DNA of 43,688 nt, from contig DF237646.1 of NCBI GenBank assembly GCA_000708835.1, positions 1 to 43,688 of the forward strand, written 5' to 3'. Both the position numbers and the translations under genes were made by a program. The notes beneath the pieces were generated by a model, which had not been told where the DNA came from, ran no database searches, and saw nothing but the letters and a program-made list of their open reading frames with translations. Shown here in pieces: positions 1 through 10,700 of the stretch (positions are counted from its first letter, which is position 1; each line of letters begins with the position of its first letter). Origin of the DNA: Klebsormidium nitens (lineage: Eukaryota; Plantae; Klebsormidiophyceae).

Positions 1-305
1 TCGCGCACTAAAGCCGGGTGCGCGACGGCGGGTACAGTACCGATTCCATAATGCACGCAACTCGCGACATTTTCGGACTTATTTTGGTACTTTCAACCGG
101 TCGGAATTTACCCGGGCAGTAGGTACCTATTTAGATTCTAGGCACTACCTACGGTACCTACTCATTCCCTACGCCGTACGGTATGATGCTACCAAGGTCC
201 AAGATTCGCCGCGGCCCAAGGTACACTTGCTGTACGGACGGCGAATGTCTTCCATTTCTTTGCATTTTAGATTTTATCCATCGATATATAACAAATGACG
301 TTGCG

Positions 306-454
306 AAAAGCAAATCACGGCAGCTCGAAACCATGCTAAACATCAAAACCGAGTAGCAATCAGGGCTAGATTGATCTTATGTTGTTGAAAATGGGATAAT
401 AAAAGCAAATGACGGCAGCTCGGAACCATGCTAAACACCAAAACCAAGTAGCAA
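306..454. repeat. Two-copy ~54-bp direct repeat (306-359, 401-454)
   Basis: aaaagcaaat(c/g)acggcagctcg(a/g)aaccatgctaaaca(t/c)caaaacc(g/a)agtagcaa occurs twice, 95 bp apart. Confidence 0.85.
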
Positions 455-473
455 CCTCACGGCGAACTTGTAC

Positions 474-1492
474 CGGGCGTCATTTCAGGTCCATTCGGGT
501 TCCTTCTGAACCCTGAATTTCTGAACAAGTCGACCGGGACCCTAGGCTNNNNNNNNNNNNNNNNNNNNNNNNNNNNNNNNNNNNNNNNNNNNNNNNNNNN
601 NNNNNNNNNNNNNNNNNNNNNNNNNNNNNNNNNNNNNNNNNNNNNNNNNNNNNNNNNNNNNNNNNNNNNNNNNNNNNNNNNNNNNNNNNNNNNNNNNNNN
701 NNNNNNNNNNNNNNNNNNNNNNNNNNNNNNNNNNNNNNNNNNNNNNNNNNNNNNNNNNNNNNNNNNNNNNNNNNNNNNNNNNNNNNNNNNNNNNNNNNNN
801 NNNNNNNNNNNNNNNNNNNNNNNNNNNNNNNNNNNNNNNNNNNNNNNNNNNNNNNNNNNNNNNNNNNNNNNNNNNNNNNNNNNNNNNNNNNNNNNNNNNN
901 NNNNNNNNNNNNNNNNNNNNNNNNNNNNNNNNNNNNNNNNNNNNNNNNNNNNNNNNNNNNNNNNNNNNNNNNNNNNNNNNNNNNNNNNNNNNNNNNNNNN
1001 NNNNNNNNNNNNNNNNNNNNNNNNNNNNNNNNNNNNNNNNNNNNNNNNNNNNNNNNNNNNNNNNNNNNNNNNNNNNNNNNNNNNNNNNNNNNNNNNNNNN
1101 NNNNNNNNNNNNNNNNNNNNNNNNNNNNNNNNNNNNNNNNNNNNNNNNNNNNNNNNNNNNNNNNNNNNNNNNNNNNNNNNNNNNNNNNNNNNNNNNNNNN
1201 NNNNNNNNNNNNNNNNNNNNNNNNNNNNNNNNNNNNNNNNNNNNNNNNNNNNNNNNNNNCCTGAATTTCTGAACAAGTCGACCGGGACCCCTAAGGCTCC
1301 GGGCCCCGGTTCGCCCGCTTAACCGGGCGTCATTTCAGGTTCATTCGGGTTCCTTCTGAACCCTGAATTTCTGAACACCCTGACCGGGACCCCTAGGGCC
1401 CTCGGCGCCGGGGGAAAGCGGTACCGGGGCTTCATTTCAGGTACATTCGGGTTCCTTCTGAACCCTGAATTTCTGAACAAACGGGACCGGGT
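474..1492. repeat. ~105-bp tandem repeat array interrupted by an assembly gap
   Basis: Core catttcaggt(c/t/a)cattcgggttccttctgaaccctgaatttctgaaca..gaccggg seen at ~480-545, 1260-1290 (partial), ~1331-1392 and ~1433-1490. Copies lie on both sides of the N run. Confidence 0.85.
549..1259. other. Assembly gap (N run)
   Basis: 711 consecutive N. Confidence 1.
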
Positions 1493-1679
1493 CGGGCTAT
1501 ATAAGACCACGTATATACCGTATAGCTTATAGCCATGTAAATGAACTTTGAAAGTGCCTTATAGGTGCTGAAATTGATGTCTATTAGATGTCCTGAATCT
1601 GGAATTCTTGGCCGCCATTGACGTTATATCAGGTGATCGGCTGGGACCGCTAGAACAGACAGTGTGGGTCCCTACATGG

Positions 1680-1925
1680 TTATAAACATGGTTAAAACAC
1701 GGAAAAACACGAAAAAAATGGTTAAAACATGTTTTTTGGTTTAAACATGTTTTAACCATGTTTTAAACAATAAACATCTTTGTTTATAATGTTTATTGCA
1801 CTCAAAAAATCGTGGCTTCGCCCGATCACATGTACAAACATCATTTGATGTTTTAAACATGTTTGTCAATGTTTTTAAAACCCTAGGGGGGGCAGATTTT
1901 AAAACCAAGTATGTTTTTGGAATGC
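1680..1925. repeat. AT-rich array of short, near-palindromic AAACATG(G)TTT / TTTAAAAC motifs, possibly a DNA-transposon subterminal region
   Basis: Repeated aaacatgg/aaacatgt/ttaaaacatg units. ccctag motifs at ~1881 and ~2030 read TAGGG on the minus strand. The transposon interpretation is inference. Confidence 0.55.
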
Positions 1926-4525
1926 TCTCAACGAGCTCGTTTCGAAAACAATAATGAATATGTTAGTATATGCAGCAATAGCGAAATAAACATTGTTTCA
2001 TCTCAAAAACATTGCTCGGGTTTAAGACCCTAGTTGCCTACCCGGGATATGAAGTTGTATTGCTACGAATGAACACTAACCGCGTCAACGGGAGGGGAGG
2101 AAGGCCCGGGGCCTCCTACCCATGGTCTCAGACAGGGTTGCTTCAGAAGAAGTCACAGCCGGGCTGACTAAGTCATAAGCAAAACTCCCCCTCCACTCGT
2201 GATCAGTGGGGTTCGCTAGGGAAGCTGACTACGGGCTAAGCCAGGGGACCGGCTGCTTGCTGAAGACTTGGTTGTGCTTGTTTGTGTCCCGTTTGTGTGC
2301 CAGGAGTCCGACGACCAGAAAGAGTCACGCGGGGCCGCCTGCAGAAGAAAACGGAGAAACCCGGGGCATGCAATCTGTCCGCACTTACTTGCCAACCCAA
2401 ATTTAGTCCCAAGCATGACTCAGTCCGGACGACCATGCCTTTGATCCATGGCACGAACCATTAAAAACTCTTCGAGGGTCCTTATTGGCTATTGTCATGG
2501 CCCGCCTTTTTCCAAAGAGAAAAGGTATACGCGTAATGGAAGACATATTGTGGACCGCCTGCTGATTGGTATTCAATGGGTCAGCCAGAGTTAGTAAACT
2601 TGAATATGTGGAAGGGGCCATCATTTTCGTCTTATGAGCATATTTGTAACTTCGTGCACAAACACTTCCACTTAAAAGGCCTGCAGCTTTAATGCATGCA
2701 TTAACGATCGCCATGTGTGCACAGTGAGCACATTTGAGAGGCCCGGACTCCGGGATTCTGTATTTTTTGTCGTTTTTGGGCAGCTTTTGCTCAAAGAGTC
2801 CGATATACTTTTGAAATGAGAATCCGTTGTCCACAGTGGGATCGAGATGCAAGGATTATGCTTTTTGTGCAAGTTCAAGGCTCTTTGCATTTAATCGTCA
2901 GAAAACGGCTGACACTGTAATGTTGATATTCTGTGCAGTATATCGGATGCTCATGTGAGTATGCATGTCGATCTGACGTTGAAATTATGGAAATCCGTCG
3001 AGCTGGCCTCAGTGCCCGGCCATGCCATGCTATAGCGCTAACTAGCCTTACTGAGTACCGATTCCGTGCTGCCATCCGGCCTGGGTCGAGTTGTCTTGTG
3101 AGACCAAGCATTCCGTTCAAGAAGCTTGTTTCGCGGAGCTTATCGAAGCTTATGTACGCCTTATTTGGCTAAGGTACGCGCGCAACGCACAAACGAGTCC
3201 ACACCGCCATATTGACTTCATATCGATCAGGCAGCTCGTTGGATATCAACTTGCCATCAGCCGGCGGCAGGATTCCGCAGCTTGCGGAATATGTTGTTCC
3301 ACTTAATCCACCTAGCTTTAATCCCGGGCCCTAGATCTGGCTGAGGTAGCTTCGATTTGATATGTACATAACATTGATACGCCATATACGAGCGGCGGCC
3401 CATATTGCATGTGAATATTGACAGAGATCCGTTGCGACCGGGAAGGCCGAACTTTGACGTAGTCTGAAAAGAATCTACAAGTGTGTATGACTTAAGCTTG
3501 CAGGCTCGACTGATCGGCAAACGGCCTGTGGCTTCTATGTTGATTGCTAGACGCCTCTGCGAAGAGCTCAATGTTCAAGCTCCTTGGCCCACGAGCTTAA
3601 GCTGTAACTCCTCTGCTCGGGTTGTGGGCTCTCTTTCTGGCCCTTTTTACACCGCTGCTTGTTTGACCACCTGGAAACTCGCTACTTTCACCTTAAACCG
3701 TTTCCTTTACTGTTCCGGCTGCATGCCCTCCGTTCTGCCAGTGATCTCTAACTTTCCGACGAAGTACACAATGTCTTTATACGCCCTATCCTAGCCCCCG
3801 CATGTCTTCCTAAGTCACGCTCGTCTTTTCAATTACGTCTCTGTACATTTCCTCTTTTTGCTCTTTTGTCGTTCCTTCCAAGTTACGTTCCCGAACCCAT
3901 AGCTATCTGCACTTTATACAAGATACCATCGTATTGGTCCTGGCGCCGCTTATTGTCCCGCCAGACGGCCACGCTAGCTCACGACGTTTCCTCAATTCGA
4001 CCCGACCATCTATTCCACCAGTCCTTTCCTTCCTTCTACCGCCATCGAGCGCCCTCACATTCAAACACCCGAGACTGGAGCCCGAACCTACTATTCTAAA
4101 CAGAATAGCCAAAGTGACCAAAGCCCAGACAAAAATTGCTCCACTCTGGCAGAATTCCCCTTTACTCTTTGCCGGACGCCCGCGGGCGCCGCTTCCGAGC
4201 CGCACGACCGACTGTCCGCACTTACCTTTCCGTCTCCCCCTCGTTTTCTCCGCCGATACCACCCCCCCGGTAGGCACACATTCACCGTTAGAACCATTTC
4301 GGCGCCCGCAACAAGCATCCAAATCATACAGCCAAACGTCCGCATCCACTTTATCCCCCTCCATTAACCCGATCGCCGATTTTCACCCCCACCAGCCATC
4401 TCCATAATTCAGAGCTCTTCCGAGCACCCACGCCGCACCACTTCGCACCATCGGACGTCCCCACCCACACCTGCTCCGCCCCCCCCTCATCTTCCCGCCC
4501 TTCCCTCCGCCATTTCCCCCTTTCC

Positions 4526-4762
4526 TCATGCGTCTTTCTTTCGGACGCCCGTAGGCGCCGTTTCGTACAGCCGGACGTCCGCGCTCGTGCCGTACTTAAT
4601 GCGCAGCGCCTCTTTGCACCAGCCGTGGCCCACGTCAACCGATGGCAGCTTTACCACCAGCGGCTCCGGGAGAGGGCCCGGGGGATCCTCGTAGTCCCCG
4701 GGGGGCATCTCCACGCGCGCGTGCGCGCGCAGCGCGTCGCCCGCGTCGACGTCGAGGCACAC
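4526..4762 (-). CDS. HSP70T-2: HSP70T-2-like exon 7 (VCLDVDA...GHGWCKEALRIKYG...stop)
   Basis: tcctctcgcag|gtg; TGA at 4528-4526. Confidence 0.9.
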   Translation of the reverse strand: MCLDVDAGDALRAHARVEMPPGDYEDPPGPLPEPLVVKLPSVDVGHGWCKEALRIKYGTSADVRLYETAPTGVRKKDA

Positions 4763-7700
4763 CTGCGAGAGGAAAAGGTTTGATTGAGTGAGAAGAAGGA
4801 GCGGTTGCGTAAAATCTGCCTCTGGGTTGCTTTTGAAGGGGCTAGAATAGCTCAAATGGTTCTCAGAGACGCGATTTGAGTTGGTGTGAAACCGAGCCGA
4901 TCAAAAGCTCTGCCGACGCTGCACAGTCACGGACGGACGTTGATCCAGAACATGTTCAGGAGGTCAGAAGCTTGCATTCAGCACTAGTAGAGTATCTATG
5001 TGCTTGCTGAAGGAGTAACGCCCATGCCAAGATTAATGGCACGCTGAGGATCTTTGCACGCACAGTAGCTAGAATGACTGCCACCAGAACAAAGGCTTGA
5101 CAGAGCACAATTTCACGCGCTTCTCGATTTACGCCGCCGCTTCGATGTGGCTCGTGTCAGCGGCCAAGAGAGCGCCCGGGCGCGCGAGAACGGTGCACGA
5201 AACGCTTCTGCGCTAGTAAGTGAGCGCGCGCAGAAAGTGGCTGGGCACGCTAGCCCTGAGACGCGCGCGCGCCGAGATGCGCTCGATCTGACCCGGAAAG
5301 GTGAAAGAGCGCCGTTCAATGCTCACAATGATCTTGAAGAAGCGCGCCACGGGCGCGGAAAACCGCGGCGGACCGTTTGAACGCCCGGGGAAAGCGCGCG
5401 CTGACCTTAAACGTGCGCGCTAAGATGCGCTTGTTTGTTAGGCGAATGAGAAATGTGGCTCACGATGATTTTGGGGAAGCCCGCACGCGCGCGCGGGAGG
5501 GGCGCGACCTGGAGGCAGCCCAGGAAGACGTTTTGCTCCACCACGGGCTGCTCGCCCTCGTAGAACTGCGCGAGCGAACGTGACGTCAGCAAACGTCTCC
5601 GTAAAATCTGAATTGGCATCTCGACGAATCGCCGAGGGAGACCTTCTACACATGCATGATCGGCTGTTAATTCTTGTACGCGTCTGTAACGGAACGTGGC
5701 AAAACGTGACGTCTACAGTTTTGAACCATGTTGTCAAAGGCGGTTCTGCGGGACCACAGTTTGCTCGCGGCTTTTACACAAGAGCGGAATCTCTTTGTCA
5801 GGTTAGCATTCGTGGAAAAGGAAAGGTCAAGCCAAACTGTTGGTTCAGGACAATCAAGAAAACAAACGCCGGATGCGAAAGTCGAGCCAGCGTCTCTGTA
5901 GATCTAGCTGCATGGACCAGATGAAGTACTCATCATCCATCAACAAAAGGACTAATCATGGAAAGCCGCTGCCTGTTCGTTCAAAGAAAGCATAGTCTTG
6001 AGCAGAATTATCATATGAAAGGGAACGAGAGCACGGGAAAAGGCATGGACGACGGAGGGAGCAGAAAGTGCTGACCTGGATGATGGCCTGTTCCTGGTTG
6101 TCTTTGATTGTGGTGAAGATGAGCTCACGGGACGTTGGGATGAGCGCGTTCCTGTGCAAAAGACCGTGAGAACACTGTGCACTTCGCAAGCTTTTGAGAA
6201 TTGAAAACTACGATACTCGCAAAATACTCGGATGAAGCCCTCGTTGTCTTAATGGGACAGAGACCACAAAACGACTATGCTTTCCAAGGGGCTGGTTTCG
6301 TAGCGGATCTAATTTTCGAGACATCATTCTCCTCGAAGCGACAAGAGATCTGCGCAAGTGAAGGATTCTTACCGGGAGAGAATGGGCTGGAACACGTCGC
6401 CTTCCACTTTGATGCCCAGCGGGTGGTTGATCCCCTGCAAGGGTTAGAAAGTGTCAGACACGATCTCACAAACCAGTGCTGCCTTTGCGCTTCTTCAGGT
6501 CGCAAGTCTATGGGTGTCCTTAGAGCGCACTCGGATGCTTTCGAGAAGCAGGTGTTCTCAGATCTACAATGAACCAGGCGATAGTCCTAACAAAACGGTG
6601 TTCTAAGCTTTCCAGAGGCTTCCACTTGGACGTACGATCGACTTAGCGGGATACTCAAAACACAACGTGTAGGACTCTGTCCTTCCAGAAGCTTCGAAAA
6701 AGAAAAGGGGCGTAATCAATCACACAACCGCCAAGTTTCAATCAGCTTGCAGTGAGGGAATTCAGCTCTGCCATTGATTACTACCAGTAACGGCATACTT
6801 TATGATGACATTTTTCGGCTTTTAAGACTATTCTTGCCAGAGAGACCTGAATGACCAAAATGGCAACGGATCCGGCATTCAAGATCTGTATCCGAGTTTA
6901 GCGGCTTGCAAAGGGCGTCCTATCTCTTATGCACTTCATACCATTTGGCTTCAGACAGCTAGAGGACGTGAGTGAGCCTACCACTCAATACGCGCTTTGT
7001 CTTCACTGCTCATCACCACTGGCAGGAACCAAGCCATGTTTATTGGATACGTCACGTGGGAAGGGCAAACAGGTTGATACATAGACCCTGTTGCTCTGCA
7101 AGCCATAATGTAGACTCGTTCATACACCGCGATCCAGGCTGAAGACAGGAGCCTTCGGTAAGATCCGTTTGAGTTGCTTCGCGGCTTTGACTAGCCTGAG
7201 GAAAACGTGCAAAGCGGCTGGTGACCTTCAGATTACATTTTTAAATCTTCAGAGCGAGGTATAGTTGCTGCAGATCTTGATTCTCACCATTGGCAATGAT
7301 CGATTCGGAACAAGCTTCCAAAAGAAAGAAACCCTGGAAAAACAGTGGCGTTTCGCAAAAGCAGGAAAACCAGCAATTGGAATTTCACCACAAGCAAACC
7401 TGTGCGGACAGCCGGATAGGATTGTACTTTAATAGTGCTGATCACTTTGGCAAGGTGACGGCGTTCACTGTGCTCCAGTGGACTTCACCCGAAAGAAAAC
7501 GTGCGGACAGCCTGATTAGACGCAAGCCAAGAGTGCTCATCATATCCAAAGTGACGGCGTCGACTGTGCTCCAATGGTACGGCCAGAGACATTCCCGGCC
7601 ACGATGAGTAGAGTCTCGCGTGGATGCACTCAAAAGCAGAACGGCAGTGCCTGTCAGAGCATTCATATCATTAACACGACACCAGAACAATTCGACCCAA

Positions 7701-10700
7701 GATCTAACGTCACCACATACTGGCAAATCCCTGGTTTTGAAGAGCGTACAAGGTGTCCTGAATTGCGGCAATCCTGCTCCTAATCCACACTGAACTCAAG
7801 AGGTGTGGTTTCAATCCTGATCCAGTGGTCTCGTCATCGCCTTACCAGTAATCCTGACTCTGGACTGTAGATAAAGCTCATTCACCCCAAAGACGGGATG
7901 GAAGCACGAGGGCCAAGGCTTTGCAACCAAAGACGTGCTTAGTCAGAATATGCTGGAAAGCTTAATTCGTATCTCGTGCTGAAGAGACCCTTTGTGAAAG
8001 TGCTAAGCAGAAGCCGCCTTCCACCAACACCCACGTCACAACTTTCAGCTTCTCTGAATATACATCAACACGACTTCAGTCGCGTCATAGCACGACCCCT
8101 GGGCTGTCTTGAGTCTTGCGACAGTCAGTAACGGTCAATCCTTCGCTGAATTCTTTCGCTGCGAGTTTCGCAGCCGTAGGCGATTTTGATTCCGCTGTAA
8201 GTACGTGCTTGAGATGTGACGTGCCGAGAGGCCAAAAGTGAATGGTGGGCAGCCGTGAAGGTCTTGAAGCGCTGCCCTCAAAGCCTTCTATGATTTGGTT
8301 GCCGATTTGCCAGGTGGAAGCAAGGCTCTTCCAAACATAATCAGAGGGCGCTCCAAAGGCAAGCACTCTTCGAAGGTGAAGGATACGTTCTGTTGAGAGT
8401 CTGTACTCAAGGCTCAAGACGAGAGCGGCATCCATCGGAGAACACATGGGAGTTGGATAGGCATATCCAACCCAACCTGCTTCCTGTCATAGCCACCTCC
8501 GATGAGCATACAACACGCACGGCAGTCTTCGAGAAGTAAATCCGTTGAACCGTTTTAAGATTTTGCACGTTTTGAGACGGGGGCCAGAGAAACGCAATTT
8601 GCCCGTGTAGTACATTCGATAGAGGGACTTGAATAAACGGTTTGAAAGCTTCATCCACGGGTCTAATGAAGAGCGGACTTTAAGGTTCATGGGGCTCTTT
8701 TAAACATGTTGGCGGAAAGCAGAAAGAAACGTCAATACATGAGTGGTGAACGCTGGTTGTCCAATGCCTACGAAAGAGAATCAGATACACATCAAGACGG
8801 CGTCGGGTCATCTTCCAGCTGAAACGACCAAGCATGGGTTTAGCTCAAGACGGTGTCTCTCCCCATTGCCACCACAAGATTGAAAAAGTGAGGAAAGCTC
8901 AACATTGGTGCAGAATCGTGCGTACGTTAATTACTCGGATGCTAGGGACCGGTTTCTTGGAACGACTATGTATAACCCTGCGTCCTCGGTCCTACGCGCT
9001 CGTGCAGATGAATGATCAAGAAGGCCTCAAACGACATGGGCAGCCTTCAAAAACGCTACCGTTTCCGCTATAAGAGCAGCCACTTCGTCAAACGTGGTCT
9101 TGACGTGGATTGCGGCCCATCATCGACTCAAGACCGGTGACGCTCTGAGAACGTCACGTGCATCTAGATCTTCGAAGTTGGTCCATCAGCCAGCGCCGCT
9201 ACGACCAACAGCGGGCCAGCAAATAGCGGTCTTATAAGCAATGCCGCCTACATACAGACAGTGCAGGATCAGGTCGACGCCAAATACCCAACGCTTTAAA
9301 AACGCACTCTTTTTCCAAGAATGATTCCAGGGCGGTCAGAAGTCGGAAGACCTTGCGAAAATATGGAAGGCGTTCTGCCCAGAACCGATCAAGTTTGCGG
9401 TGAAGGCTGACGAAGATGACGATACGCCCAGAATCACATCCCGACCCAATGCAGAGAAAGCTCGCATGGGCTGACAAACCCAAGCGTGCTTCTTTTGTCA
9501 TAGTCACCGTCGGTGAGCACACAGGATCCCAGCGGTCGCTGTTCCGGCCTTCACAGTGAACCCACGAAACTTTGAGGTTGGGCCGATTGAGTTTTTGCGA
9601 AAAAATTGGTAGAATAGTTGAATTCGTAAGCTTCGTTCACGGATCAGAACATCAGAGTGAGACAGCCAGCGACAAAGTCGAACGGAATCCATTCTACCAA
9701 AAGAGCGTCGCAGAGAAGCCAGCCTACGGTTTTAAACCTGACATACGGGCCGCTTTTAACTGATTCCTAAGAACGTACAAGCAAGGGTCAGGTTTTAGAT
9801 TGAAGTGGCCTTCGTACCTGTTTGTGCCCAGACAGCGCCGATGAGCATGTAGTGTTACTGGTGTCCATTCTCACCACCAGTCATCCAGGCTCATAAAAAG
9901 AGATAATCTAACACTCTTTTTAAGCCGTCAGCAAGTCTCTTCGAACTGCACGAAGCAACCTCTCGGAGCCTCAACGCCAGCAACGCTTGTGCAAACCCAA
10001 AAATAAAATAGTTCCCATCCGCGAAGGGCGGTCTTGAAGCGCGATTCACATCTTACCACGTAGAGCAGTTGTGCAGTCGCCTTCCTGAAAGTTGGTTGTG
10101 AAAAGTTGCACTCAACTTCGGCTCTCATCACCACAAAGATGCGTGCGGACAGCGTTGAATGGCTTTTTCTTTGAACTGCATCATCGTTGTCAAGGCGACA
10201 GTGATGGCTGTGCTGCAAACGAACGGTCAAAAACAGTACCGGCCGCGCCTCGGCTAAGTTTCAGAGATGAACGGGGGAAACGCATTTGCAAGTAGAACCA
10301 CCATACGGTAAGAACTGGCACCAGCTGAAGTACTCACAGACCAAGGACATGAATTTCAAGGAGAGTTTGATACACTCTGCAAGGAGCTTCTCATCGATCA
10401 TCGCGAGACCTCACGAGACCATCCCCAAGCGGACGGCCTTGCTGAACGAACGGTTCAAACAACAAAGCCAACGCAAGACGTTCCTCCTATTTCCGAGGTC
10501 TTTTTTGCAGGCACAAATTGCTGTTCGAGCAGAGCTGTTCCTGTCTCGACCGTGGCAGGCGCTGGAGACCGAAATTATCATTTGGATTTCTGGTAGCCCC
10601 AGCGTTTTCGTCTCGTCATGGCCAATGTACTCCCGACGATGGACGGCTAAATTGAATGCGTGGACAACCTAGTAGTTTCCAGAGCGCCCCAAATATCTGA

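Noticed and set aside
542-1276. ORFs spanning N runs (also those at 37566-38287)
   Set aside because: Artifacts of translating through assembly gaps.
474-1492. CRISPR-like appearance of the palindromic repeats
   Set aside because: Eukaryotic context, tandem units without unique spacers, and no cas genes.
3903-4407. 150-aa ORFs on both strands just downstream of the Hsp70 stop
   Set aside because: No recognisable motif or splice chain; more simply the purine-skewed 3' UTR of the Hsp70 gene.
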